Origin: Paraspadella gotoi
Taxonomy: Eukaryota > Animalia > Chaetognatha
Reading direction: 5' to 3'
Assembly (NCBI GenBank): GCA_051294375.1
Contig: CM119264.1
Location: 13,536,813-13,600,812, forward strand
Length of the DNA stretch: 64,000 nt
How positions within the stretch are numbered: position 1 is the first letter of the stretch; each line of letters begins with the position of its first letter. Below, piece after piece: positions 24,701 through 37,400 of the stretch. The notes beneath the pieces are model-generated. The model searched no databases. It was given only the letters and a program-made list of their open reading frames with translations, and had not been told where the DNA came from. Position numbers and translations under genes: made by a program.

Positions 24701-27203
24701 CCGGGGTCGAGGCCCGTACAAATTTTCTGTATCCGTTCGGGGCGGTGCCATGATGCCGACAGCGCCCTCTAGCGGATCTAAGCGGTTGTGGAACGCAGGC
24801 GCTGTAGATTCCGACGTCGAGTCGGATGATTCCGATGATTCTTACGGGGAATGGACTCCGAGAGGTGAGCGACTTTGTAAGAAAAAAGGAACAAAATTCC
24901 GAAGCACCTTTGATTCAGAATTTTTTTTTTGCAGCGGTAGTACTCGCTTGCAGTAAATAAACTTTTTTTTCAAAATACGTACTTTAAATTATTGCTCTCA
25001 GGTCGGGGGCGGTCGAATCGAGCAAGGGGCAGAGGACGTGGGCGAGGGGGTGGACGTCCGGCCACCAAACGGAAGCGGCGGGAAGACTCGGACGATTCCT
25101 CCGAAGAAGAAGCGCTTCCTAGAGGCAAACGGGATCGTTCCCCCGCCGATGACGACGATGAGGATCCAAGCTGGAAACCAGGGGCTGGGGTGAGGACTAT
25201 GAAGGGAAAACGAATTCGGTTTTTGGCATTGAGTAATTTAGTTAGGAAAACCTTGAGCCTATTATTTCGAATAATCCTTTAGACACCCCGTCGGTCACGG
25301 CCTGCCGATCGAGACGCCGCTAACGACTCTAGCTCCGCTGCCGGTTCTGCTTCTGGCTCTGCTGCTGGCTCAGCCGCAGCTTCAGGAACGGCAAAGGCTC
25401 GTCCGAAACCTAGTCCAGATAAGAAGGGCGTCAATGGTGAAGGCACCGCGTCAGGAGAAAACGTCGAGGCTTTGGCGGTAAAGGGATTTTGTGAATGTAC
25501 ATTTTACCTTTAATTCTACACGCTAAACTTGGTTCATTTCTCCAATTTTCAGCAGCTTGGCGATTTTGTTATCGACAAAAGAGATCTTTTCCTCGACAAT
25601 TATCCGATATGGTTGATCGATACGACCAACATGTTGCAGAAATACGAAAGGATCGATGACAAAGAGCACAATGGACGCCCAGTTCACACAGCCATGAATA
25701 CTGTAAGTCCTAAAAAATTTTCTCGCATATCATTCACGTATCAGTTCCCTCCTCCCCCTGAGTCACATTTGGAAAATATATTTTTTTAAAAATCATGTCC
25801 AATGTCCACTAAAAACTACGATTTCTTTTCTTACGTTTCAGTACACGAGCTGGATAGAGTCTGTGAAAAGTCTTTACCTCCCCATCCGCGTGAAAAAGTG
25901 GAATCGCTCCGAGGTAGTACTAGACATCCAAAATTCCTATATATAGTTTTTTGTAATTATCATATCATATGCCATAAAGTCGGTTCTAGTGGTACTACGT
26001 ATTCTAAGTAGAATACATAGAACTTTAGTTTGCTTAATATACCTCACCTTTGTCGCTTTTGAAATAAATGGTTTGATAACGTGTTTTTTCCTCGATTCTC
26101 GACCTTTAGGTATCAGTTCTTCAAGAAAGTCTTGACTCCGTCAGAGACACGAAGAGGACAGAAGAACTCCGAGAAGATACGTTGCGAGAGCCTTTCGAGG
26201 TCTACATTCAAATCCTCGTCTCTCAGGCTCTCGATTCCAAGTTTCTCGCTGAAATAACGCAATCTCAGAGTAAGTCTCTTCTGTTAGGCTACATCTGCGT
26301 AATTCTTCAAGATAGAAGGGCTATATCGATTATCAAAACATATTCTATTATTTCCTTGTAATGTTGAAAAAAATATTAGTTTTACCTTATTGGGTGGATA
26401 TCTTTGAAACCTATTCTTTTGTTACTCCACACCACAGACGAGTTCTTCTATCCCGTGCTTCAAAAAATCGACGGGGCCATCAACGAAAAGAAGGTGCAGC
26501 TACTACAGGGAGTCCACTGGACCCAAAGATTCATGGATGCCGTGGAGAGCCGACCCTACCTAACTGACTTGGGTGCGCACCAAGCTCCCCACTGTCAGGC
26601 CATGAACGACCCCAACGTCCCTGCCACTCATCGTGTGCAGGTACACTTTTCTGCTCTTGGAAAAGACAACGGTCGAAGTTATGAAGTCGACTTTTTCACT
26701 GATTATATAGTTATAGTTATAGTTCTTATTAAAAAAAATTTATGTAAAAACGCGTTTTTTTTTATGTAAAACAAATTGTGTTTTGCACAAAAGTAGGCGT
26801 GGTCGTCGTCGTTCCAATTATAGATCGCCTTTTTGATGATTAAATTTGAGTGTATGAAGCTGAAAATTTATATACAGCTTCTCATCATCAAGGTCCTTGA
26901 AATTGGTGAGGACAGTTATTAAATATGTTTTGTTTACGTTTTATCAAAACAAACAAATTTCCTCTATTATTTTTATGTCTCTTTCCTCTCTCTTTCTCTT
27001 TTAATTATATGTAGCTCTCTCTCTCTCTTTTTCCTAGGCTGATTCATCGAAAAAAACGAGTCTGCAGCTGGCTCTGCAGGGGCTTTTTCTTTTTCTCTCT
27101 CTTCTCCTGCTGCTTCTGCTGTTGCCTTTTGATTTCTTTCTCTTTTTCTGGCTGCCTCTGCTGCTGCTGCTGCTGATTCGTCCGAAAACGATTTGGCTTC
27201 TCT

Positions 27204-27234
<31 letters not shown>

Positions 27235-29996
27235 GCTCTCGTTTTTATTTTAAAAAAATTGAATTAGGATTGAACTTGTAAAATTTGGCATCGCATTCGT
27301 ATATGTTATCATTTTGCTATCCGCAACATTGGGTTTTTATTTCGTTCTTTCTTCTTGTCACTCTCTTTATTTTATTTTTCTTTCTTTCCTTTCTATTCTT
27401 TTTTTCCTTTTTATTCTTTCGTTTCTTTTTATTCTTTCTTTCCTTTTTATTCTTTCTTTCCTTTTTATTCTTTCTTTCCTTTTTATTCTTTCTTTCCTTT
27501 TTATTCTTTCTTTCCTTTTTATTCTTTCTTTCCTTTTTATTCTTTCTTTCCTTTCTATTCTTTCTTTATATTTATTCTTTTCTTCTTTTTCTTTCTGTTT
27601 ATAAATTAATTTTTTTTTCTCAAATTTGATTTTTTTTTAGTATCAAAATATGTCGTCAATCCAGATTTTTCTTATGCGATTTCGACGATCCTTATGCTTT
27701 TAATATTTTTTTCTTATGTAAAAAAATCCTTTCGATTTTTAAGAAATGTTTTTTTACTGTTGTGTACAAAGAAGATTGTAATAAAATTTATTATATTTCC
27801 TTCCCAGTTGTACGGCAATATATACGATTCCCAAACATTGGAAACTCTGGTTGTGGCGGATCAAGGTTCGGGTAATGCCGCCTCCCTCAACGAGGAGTTC
27901 GTCGTCGGCGATTCGACCTTCGAACGTCTTTTGATTCTTCACAAACTGCACCATTTCAAATACACTACCTTCAAGCGCTGCATGGCCAAGGTCAGTCGTC
28001 AGTCGTCGTACCATTTTGTGCTCGGTGCTTTCGTTTACTTATGAGCTTAAGTTAATCTCCAACATTACTAGGAAATCCAATCAAAGCCACGAAGTGGCGA
28101 TGACCGATGTCCCCCTTAGATTTAATTTTAAACGCCAATTACTCATGAGTGGATGGGGCGATTAACTTGAAAATTTTTGTGTCGATAAAAAAGTGTGTGA
28201 TTGAGCTGGAAATCAAGTTTCGATGGAATCGTCCGAGTGGAAATGAGTTTAAATAGAAAAAAAAGAACATGTTTCACTGATTATGCTTTTTTATATATAT
28301 TAAAGCAAGCTGCATTAATTAATCAAAGAGTTAATCGATTAATTCATCTATTAATTTATCAATTTATTATTCAATCAATTAATCGTCGGTGTTGTCGTCG
28401 TCGTCGTCATCGTGGTTTTTTGCTTATGTCGTGGTCAGTGACGAAAAGACAAAAAAATAAGTTTGAGCAAATAAAAACAGAATTAATTACCGTTAATGAT
28501 CGTGGGCAGATCAGGCATTGTTTGCTCAAACTTGTTGCTTTTCTTACCGACTGTAGGTGCAGGCTATTCAGGAAGATAAATCGAATGTCGGACCGGATGA
28601 AATTCTCTCGCAGTGTCTCTCCAACGAATCGTGGCTTTTACAGCTTTTTAAGGATCTCAAATCACTTTTCATTAAATGCGACAAGGTGAGCAAGGTCTAT
28701 TGTTCGTTGGTTCTACCCTTTTTAGTTAAACACCATGTATAATTGTATAATGTATATTTGTGTATATCTTTGTACTTTTTGTACAAACGGGTTGCCTGTG
28801 ATGCCCATGGGGATGGGACTGTTGGCTTTAGGGGCTTCCGACCCTCAGTGGCGCCGCCTACCACTAGCGCGGTTATCCTAAGACGGTCTCGCTTTCCCAA
28901 CGCAGAGGGAAGTTGTTAGGACTGTTGATGGAATGTAACGCTTGGAATGGTGCGTTCCCCCTCTGAGCCAATTGGATTGGCTGAACGACCAAGACATCAC
29001 TCAGGTTCTCCAGGCCTGAGAGGTGTCTGACAATTCTGCTACCATAGTGAGAGAGAGAGAGCGCGAGTAGTGGGAGCAGTGGTGAGGTTGCGCGTTTTAT
29101 AGTAGGGCTCACCACTTACGGCAGCAGCCGGCTTAACTTTCTCGCTCTCAGGTTTCTGGGGTCGAACTGACACCATCGAGATCAACGTCTTCTGGGACCA
29201 CGACGACGACGACTTCGACTCCATCATCGACGCCCGTGACGGATACCTCCAAATCCCAGTTGCAGTCACAGCAACAATCGCAACAACAAGGAAACAGAGC
29301 ACGATTACAACAGTCCACTCCCGATCTCAACCAGACCCCTCACGAAGCGCAACATCAACAAACGCAACAACAGCAACAACCGCACTCTGCTGGCGGAAAC
29401 GGAGAACTGCAGCGACTACAATTACAACAACAGACTCAGCAGGTTCAACACCCTCAATCGACGCAACAACCGCCGCAGCATCACGATCCGCAACTGCAAC
29501 ACGTTCAGCAACCACAGTTAATTCAACAGCAGCACTCCATCCAACCCCATGGATTGTCGGGTAGGCAAACAGTCTTTCAGGCTTGAGCGAGATAACGTTT
29601 TAAATACTGCAAGTTCTGCTTGTTATTAACGTCATCGTCTTTGTTTTTCACAGCCATCGATCCGCACGTTTTGCCCCAACAACAGCATCTTCCTGCCGTT
29701 TCCGCGCACCATACTCAGTTCCCTTCCTCGCAAATTAATCCGGTGCATTCCTTGGTTGTGCAACAATCTGCTCAGGTGAAGGAATGGAATTGTAAATCGT
29801 ATGAGAAATAGAAGAAATTCTCGCTTTATTTTCATATTCATAATTTTTTTTATCCGGTTAGGCGGCGGCGATGCAACAGTATATGCAACACCACGGTGTT
29901 AACCCCCATTTGTCGCAGCAACAGCAGTTAACACCGGCAGCGTTGCAGCAGCTGCATCTTGCGGGGATGCTGGACCAGCATCAATTTATATCTTGA
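18724..29996 (+). CDS. Glutamine/serine-rich protein of the QSER1/PRR12 family (C-terminal DUF4211-like domain), many exons
   Basis: Long Q/S/A low-complexity N-terminus, KYQSTFLDFL motif, RG-rich segment, then GDFVIDKRD...YPIW, FEVYIQILVSQALD, LYGNIYDSQTL, HKLHHFKY and CLSNESWLLQLF, typical of the QSER1/PRR12 C-terminus. Stop at 29994-29996. Confidence 0.8.
19262..19464. mobile_element. MITE with TIR (g)ggttaattttactttcgcc and degenerate TTAGGG-like interior; family members at ~18333, ~55520-55881, 57001-57855 and ~59724-59850
   Basis: aaattttactttcgccgacc ... ggttggcgaaagtaaaattaaccc, with ccctaa-rich interior. Confidence 0.7.
21625..21850 (+). repeat. Tc1/mariner-like MITE end (TACAGGG...), second copy at ~38335-38535
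   Basis: Both copies share tacaggg..ctt..gactgatac, acattctagctaggata and gagggtaaatttctgaagaagcatttttt. Confidence 0.6.
23450..23585 (+). repeat. ~135 bp dispersed repeat; other copies at ~2590-2690, ~5960-6020 (minus), ~34970-35010 and ~44794-44925
   Basis: Shared core agagtgatggaggccttaaa.caccaaagc.tgtcc.aagtc ... atggataatttttatattggttgtacc. Confidence 0.75.
26795..27703 (+). mobile_element. Helentron/DINE-like interspersed element with an internal 18-bp tandem array; copies at ~48670-49252 and ~44490-45050
   Basis: Shared (GTC)n-gttccaa(a)ttata head and ccagattttt-cttatgcgatt.cgacgatcctt tail. Here the interior has about 10 copies of tttttattctttctttcc (27375-27560). Confidence 0.7.
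28120..28538 (+). mobile_element. 3' fragment of the Helentron-like family that forms the 52442-54250 palindrome
   Basis: ccaattactcatgagtggatgggg...gatggaatcgtccgagtggaaatgagtttaaatag...cgtgggcagatc...cattgtttgctcaaacttgtt matches 53870-54250. Confidence 0.8.
28787..29132 (-). mobile_element. Truncated, diverged copy of the 5S-like TRIM (end of LTR1, PBS, internal region, partial LTR2)
   Basis: Reverse complement reads gccggctgctgccgta-agtggtgagccc...tgtcagacacctctcaggc...cttccctctgcgttgggaaagcgagaccgtc...gggcatcacaggcaacccg, colinear with ~47110-47590. Confidence 0.85.
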
Positions 29997-31200
29997 AATA
30001 ATTCACGGAAATACAAAATTGCGCCGCTTGTGTATCATTAGTGCCAATCTGCGATTCTCGGATGCTCGTCCAAAAACAATAAACTGTGCGGTGTACCACT
30101 TTGTTACGATGCGGTTCTCGGCTATGTTATGTTCTACTCCCCAATTTATGACTAAATACCTGGAAACCGATACTGTTTTACGAAACAGTACGTAGTAGTT
30201 CCGTATTACAATCATAATGAAGAATCATTAAACTGAAACAGTAAATCGGCTTATGTGTTTTTAGTTTTTTACAAAGATAGCTTTTCCTAAATTTTCATAT
30301 CACGTGTCACCTGAACTTTCGCCGTTCGTCACTTTACTTAACGACTATATTATGAAAAAACTTACCTACATAAAATTCGAGACGTGTTAACCTCCAGCTT
30401 CTCAGACTGAATTTGCTTATGGAATGATTTTTTTTTTCATTGTTAATAATTCTGCATCTTTCGTTATTGATTCATCTAAAAAAATGTGGTCACTTGCATA
30501 TTTTGTTTCCACATTAGCTTACAGCATTTTGTTTCTTTCTAGACTCTAGTCAATACAAATTTTTTTAAGATTGTCCCATTAAAAATGGGAAATTTACTTG
30601 TAATAAAGTATTATTCTTCTTTTAATGTTATTACAACGTTGAATTAACGCTAGTCATTTCAAGTCGAATACATTCGTTACGTACGGTAATTCCGATCATA
30701 ATTGTAAAGAAAACAAAAGATTCGTACTTCGCCGTTGCAATACTATTTTGATTTGTGATTCGCAGTAAAAACTTTAACATTCAACGGTATTTGCAATTCT
30801 CTGACAGCCCAAAATAGTTAATTAATTTTCAAAATCTGTTTCAGTTATTATCCTAGAATTTGAGCACTTTCTTATAATTTAAAAATTGTGATAGTTTTTT
30901 CCGCTATATTTCGATTTTTCGGATTGGGATAACGGGTAGAGGTTTAAGATTAATTGTGACCACGTTCAAACCATGCGTTAAAATCCTTGATCTCTGAGAT
31001 GGCCTTTTCGCGAATTTTTGAAGACGAGAATTTGAGTACAATTTGATTTAAAAAAGGTGCTACTTCATAGTTCATATCATCGACAGATATATAACATCAT
31101 GCAATCAATTTACGGATGATATAAAATATAGTTTGATTCTATCCGGAGTTATGTGGATAAGGCACTACGTGGGCTGAAGATGACTGTCCGTAACTTCGAT

Positions 31201-31302
31201 AACCCCCTCTAGCAGCCATGGAACGGGTCCCTGGGCTTGGAACCAGGCTTGAGGGTTTGCCATGCCCCCAAGGCGTCTTACGGCCGTCCTCACGCTTCCC
31301 GC
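31201..31302 (-). ncRNA. Candidate twister ribozyme with an imperfect P2, in an intergenic GC-rich island
   Basis: Minus strand: gcggg aa gcgt GAGGA cggccg TAA gac GC [P3 cttggggg/ccctcaag] [P4 cctgg TTCCAAGC ccagg] ga cccgt ... gcta GAGGGG. Confidence 0.5.
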
Positions 31303-33601
31303 AGGGTAGGTACCGGGTTGGGATGAACCCGGTACCTAGTGGTCACAACTGAAAGTGTCATGATTTTAGGAGGGGTGAACCTAGGCAATGCCCGACTACA
31401 TGCCCCCCAGATTGTAACCCACCCTGCACTGCTTCCAGTGGAGGGAGGAGAGCAATCTTCAGCTAGACCAAGGGCCTAGGCAATGCCCGACTACAGTTAC
31501 ACCCGAAAACTTGGTAAATTATGCTTTTTCATAATAATTATCCCCAGCCTGGGGTAGCCCAACTAAATGGAGTGAGTAAAAAAAAACCGAAAATTTATAC
31601 ATTTTTATGTATACGTTCAATGGACAAAAAATTTCTTACATGGCTCTATACCCTAGTAATTATTTTTTTTAATATTTATTTATAGATAGGAAGGGCCAAA
31701 TTTTTTTTTAAATTTTAAGATCAGATTCAGATAGCTCATAAAGAGGTATAATTCTTTTTTAAATATTTATTATAATAATTATAATAAGAAAAACCATGAA
31801 AAATCTACGTAATCATCTTTTGATGATTTTTTTAGTTTTTTATATTTTCAATTAGAAAACGTAATAAATTTTAAAAGCTGTAATTATATTTCTCGTTTAA
31901 CTTTTTTGCTCTTTGAATCCGTAAAAAAGTTAAGATTTAAAAAAAAAATTCTCTATATAGTAATATAATATTTTTAATTAGGCTAGTACCATCAGAAGAA
32001 AGCATTTTTGACAAAAAATATTTTAATACCATAATCTATGCTCATAATAGATTTTAACGCTTTATTCTTATCATTTAAATTTTATTGGTTATGGCTTCCC
32101 CAGGAACGAGTTTTTCATTCTCTACCATTTTAAGGACAAATTGGACGGAAGAATAGGAAGCAGTTCCTCAACTTTCATTCGAGGTTATTTACGTAAGTCA
32201 GAAAAAATAAGGATCGTTTCCATAACTTCGCGAAACCATTTTTTCAATAAGTTTCTACATCTGATCAGTTTCTCTTCATTGTACATACAAATATCGATGA
32301 GAATAGATTGGAATTCAATTTAAAAATAAGATTCATTTAAATTTAGCTAATTTTCGCTCATAAACATACTCTCTTAAAGTTAATCATTAAATCATCTAAA
32401 CTTAATCCTAATCGCCGTATAGCTAGTTTCACCATTGTTGTTCTCAGAAAAAATTAAATTTGAACCTTAATTTTTAACACGTCTAGTTATGGGATGTTAA
32501 TACTGATAGAGCTTTAAAGTTTAATTTCTCTTCTTATCCTTCGGATCTCTTCATTTTTCTTCCTCCTCTTCCTCCTTAACAACGATCGATTAAAAAAAGA
32601 AACTGTTTAGTCGAGTCTCTCGGACATGTTTTTGTGTCGGGGTCTTCGGTTCGTTCACTCATTCTTCCTCTCTCGCTCTCTGGTATCTGCTTCGACTTGC
32701 TGGTGCTCTTGCTTCAGACGGGTTCATGACTCGGTTATCGGAGATGGGGCGGAAGATTGCAATTTAAGATCGATCCACGCGCCGAGAATGAAATCAACTT
32801 TGACGAGATATTATTATTAATTAATTAAAATTAAGTCTCGACGAAATGCAACGACTAGCTCACAAAGCCTTAGTCTAGGGATTAGCGAATTTAAACCCAC
32901 GTAAAAAAAAAATCGCGTGTTTTCGTTTCTTTAAAAATCTGCGTGGGGATTGCCGACTGCCGAGTCTTCCTAGTTTCTTTGTTTTGGTCGAAGTTCTACG
33001 AACGGCGCGAAATGATTTTTTTTATTTCTTTTGCTCTCTTTTTTCGTTTCCTTTATAAATTGATATGAAATACTATATTATATTTATTGCTAATTTATTC
33101 GGGTTATAATGTATTAATATTGCCTCAAATCAGAATTTTAGTTGGATATTTATTGAGAGAACCTTTCTATGAAAATATTTTTATTGGCGTTTTGTGAGGC
33201 AATTTTTTTTTAAATATTTATTTCGATTAAAGTAAGTTTGGGTAAGTTTTTAATTAATTTTTTGTTCTGCTCCAAATTTTTTCTAACCTTAATCATAACC
33301 GGTTGGACAAACGTCGACGATCGCTAGTTTCTTGTTTTTCCGAGACCCACCTTTTCCTGATGAACTGGATAGGAAGGTTTTTAAACTTATTTTCCTCCAA
33401 TTTCAACTTGAGAACCAGACTCTCATAACGAAAGTTTAATTTTTAACTATGATTACGGGGAAAAATACGTTTCTGCTTTAATTTAATTTTAAAACTTTAG
33501 TCGCGGGAATATCTCGACCTAATGAAATACATTTTTCTACACATGTGTAAAAGGTGACGAAAAATTAGCAAAGGAGTACGACTTAATTAAAAAAGGAATA
33601 T

Positions 33602-33910
33602 TGTAGTGATGTAATAGTTGGATACGACTGTTCTTTCCATCAGCGCCGTAATAGCGCACTGGTCTCTAGCGTTAGAACGCTTCATCTCTGAACCCAAGGG
33701 TCCCGGGTTCTCGCCCAGGTCAGAACAGTTCTTGCAAAAAGAGTGACGGGCCGCTTAGACCACCGGTAGCAAGCCTACCGCCGGATCCGAAGTTCCAGAA
33801 AGCTAGGCAACTGACGGAAAAATCTCCCCGACCCAATGGGCACACTAATTGCGCGGGCTATCCACACACACAGAGTGGCATGGCGACCCTCTCTCCTCTC
33901 GGTCACTTCA
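33602..33910 (+). mobile_element. Solo-LTR-like relative of the tRNA-bearing TRIM (alternatively a tRNA SINE)
   Basis: TG...cttCA followed by ctggtg (PBS stub). B-box-like ccaagggtcccgggttctcgccc, then aagagtgacgggccgctta, a hairpin and gatccgaag, in the same order as the 57093 LTR. Confidence 0.55.
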
Positions 33911-34169
33911 CTGGTGTATATTCTAATTTAGAAAAATTAGTAACCGAGGTTTAATATAATCAGAAACTTTTGTTATCTTTTCATACTTTATTATGCTTCT
34001 TATCTTCTCTATTGATTTTTTTTCTATTCTCCAAGCTTGGCTATGCTTTTTTATTGTCGATGGCTTTTCCTTCTCGATCTCATTTTTCCCCCGTTCTTTT
34101 TCTCGAGTCGAAAAAAGAAAGAGAAACAAAGGAGGGAAGAGGATTTCCGATTCCTGCGGAACTCGGACT

Positions 34170-34290
34170 CGCTTGACTCACCCCTCTCGGAACACGTGAC
34201 CAAACCCCTTCGGGCCGCATGACTCACTCCTGGGTCAGCCCGCGTCTCCCTCGTGGCTCCAAAACCAAGTCACACGTGCTCGATCTCTCG
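34170..34290 (+). promoter_or_regulatory. Probable proximal promoter of the CCCH-RING gene, with two TGACTCA (AP-1-type) and two CACGTG (E-box) motifs
   Basis: GC-rich island 110-230 bp upstream of ATG 34403, containing ttgactcac, cacgtgac, atgactcac and cacacgtgc. Confidence 0.45.
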
Positions 34291-34402
34291 CCTCAAATTC
34301 AAACACAAATTCAAAAGAATCTCTTAATAACCCGCGAAATTTTCAAGACGGAAAAATCTAATCGAATTGCTACAGTAAAAAAAAAATTGTTGGAAACGCT
34401 TA

Positions 34403-37400
34403 ATGTCAGCATCCTTGTTTGAAGGTTGCACCCTTCAACGCTCCATGCCCGTTACCTTTGACCGTGAATCTACAGCAGACGTTGTCTTGGACGACTCCGT
34501 GGAAACTGTCCAAAAATCGCAGCCCAGATTCGATCAAGGCGGCGGCGTGCTTCCATCGATGGAACTGGAAATCATGCACGGCAGTTCCGGAAACTCGCTT
34601 TCTGGCATAAGCGACAGGCGAGTTAAATTTATTTTTTATCATTGTAATTAATTATTAATATCTTTACCCGGTTTTTGGAAGATAAGGTAGGGTTCTCGTA
34701 TATACTCCGGTTAAATTATCGAAAAAATTTAGAAATTTTGTGTTCCCCCATTCAATTTTAAGTTGGAATTACCATTTTCTTTCTTTATTCTTTTTGATTC
34801 ACTTTTATTGTTAACTTATAAAAGTTTTTTGCAACCATTCCCACAATTTAAAAAAAAAATAAAAATTTTTAATTGTAATTCTAAAAATTATTTTTACTGA
34901 TCGAATTTCTAAATTTTTTGTCAGCGGTTTTTTCATAAAATGTTCTGTACTTAGGAGGCCAGACTGTTTATTTTTGAATTAATGATTAATTTTTATATTG
35001 GTTGTACCATATCATGAGATTTTTCCTAAAAAAGATAGATCGATAGCCGGATAGGAATACTGAGTCGCAAGTCATGACTTACAATTTGGTCTTAGATTAG
35101 GATTTGGAACGTTTAATTTGAACATACTTGGTGACAATTCTAAGACCGCCACTAAAAAATAGCTGCCATTTGCAAACCCATGAAGATTTTTTGAATGTTA
35201 GGTATACATTTAAAAATAAAACCAAAATTATTTATATATACAAATTTTATATTAATCGATATACCTCAGCAATGATAGCTGGAATATATTTAAACTCATT
35301 GTTTTTTATTTGATTTTTTTAAATTTTCAGTAAGTTTTTAACAAAAAATTTTAATAAAATAAATTTAATATTGTTATCTTCTAAAAGCTTTTGCAAAACC
35401 AAAGAGAATGATGTACTTATGAATACTGTAGTATAAAATTTAACCGGCCTTGCTTTAAATTAATTAGGATAATTAAAAAATCAATAGCTGGAAAGCAAAT
35501 TTTTATCAAATTGTGATTGGCTATCTTAAATTTTTTTTGGCTCTTTAATAATACTTATATAAATAATAATATTTTATATTATAATAATTTAAACAGGTTA
35601 TATATTTTTTTAAAAAAATTTAATTTTAAATAATTTATTTTTGACTCTTTTAATTGAACCGAGGCTGGGCAGTTTAATTTTTGTTAGAGCTTTTGTAAGT
35701 AAATCATTCTTTTTACATCTTTAAGGGATTTCAGAGGATATTAATATTGATAATATTTAAATAAATATTTTGTTTAAATAGTGTTAAAAATTAAAGAAAA
35801 AAAATTTTTTAAACAGTGAGTTGGAAATTGAAACCCCATTTTAAAAGCTTATTTTCTCCACTCATTGTTAAGGCATATCTTAACTAATCAATATACAATT
35901 TGAACATATAAATGATTTTTATATTTTTTATTCAATGAAATAAAATTTGAACATATAAATGATTTTTATATTTTTTATTCAATGAAATAACCACTGGTTT
36001 ACAAATGGCAGCGTTTTTTTAATGGCGGTTTTAGAATTGTTACCATGTCCTCGTTACTTTAGGCATTCATTAATGACATAATATGCATTTTCAGAGGCGA
36101 ATCACTGTCAAGCTCTCCCGGCGGCAGATATGCGGGTGACGGTTGTCATTCCGGCGAGGCCCTCAGAACAGACAGTGGGATCAACATCGCCGACGAGACC
36201 GAGTCTATCTGCTCCGTCCGAAAGCGCCTCTTACGGTACTTGGTACATGTAAAAGACTTTCTTAATTGTTCCTCTTTATTGTTTCTCACACGAAAAAGAT
36301 AGAGGTCTGCTATTTGATAAAGTGTTGTGGGAATGATACGTATGAAGTTCGTAGTATTAAGTTTGTATCGAGAAAGTTAGTCGATGGGATAGTAACTCTT
36401 TTAGTTGGAAATTAAAATTTAATAGAAATTTATAATTGTTAAGTACATGCATGTAAACCTTGTAGTTACCATTATTATGATTGGCTGGGAATTTTGTTCG
36501 CTTTTCATAAGGTAGTTAAATTTTTAAATCGAATTAATAAAAAAATAAATAATCATACCAACGCAATTTTTAAAAGTCCCTCTGTTCTGGTTTTACCTGT
36601 TTTTCTGAGTTTCCAAGTTGACAACTGAACCAGGAAGAAAAACGGTTCTGAGCTATAGGCAGTTTGAATTTGATAGTCCGCTCGAACATTCTTATCTTTT
36701 CTACCCTCTCCCAATTTTTTTAAATTATTTTAAATGTGATAAGGAATTTGTTCGTTGTTATTTGCTTTAAAACTTAATAAAAAGTTAATATGGAGTCATG
36801 GACTGATGAATCGGCAATTACTATGTTAGCTTAAATGACAGAATGTTTAATGAGGCCCGGGCTATCGTGGGGGGACTTGGAAAAAGATTGCAAATTTAAA
36901 AAAAAAATTTAATGGTTAAAACTAATTGTATAATAACAGCAAATCCTCAATTTGAAATAGCTTTGACTACGGTCTTATTTTATTACTATTATTAGTATTA
37001 AAGAAGGTTGAAGGTTGAAACTAAAAAGCTAATGTACGCTTTGTAATTGTGTATTGAATTTTATAAGTAGTTAATTTTAAATAATAATTTTTATTTTTTT
37101 AAAGGTTAGAAACGTTTGTGGAGTTGACGTCCATTTTAAGACTAATTCACAATATCGACCTTCGCTTGATCGAGATGGAATTCATAGACGAAAAAGAGTC
37201 AATGGAAGATGGTAATTTCAACGGAATTCTCCAATGGAGAATGAAGAATCTCCATACTTCCTTAGTTTTGTCGCGTTTCGTTTGCAGAAAACGGGAAAGA
37301 AAGATTGGCTGACGCTATGCGCGCGGAAAAACTCGTGAAGCGCCAATTGGAGCGAGTTAGATTGGAGGCGGAGAAGCGAAACTACGCGTCGCAAATGGAT

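Noticed and set aside
27285-27629. F/L/S-rich ORFs (also 390-679, 38710-39228, 47072-47464)
   Set aside because: They are translations of microsatellites, minisatellites or TRIM sequence.
32600-33010. Separate small gene in a GC-richer island
   Set aside because: Only short ORFs with no recognisable motif. It may be a promoter or non-coding exon, but this cannot be supported.
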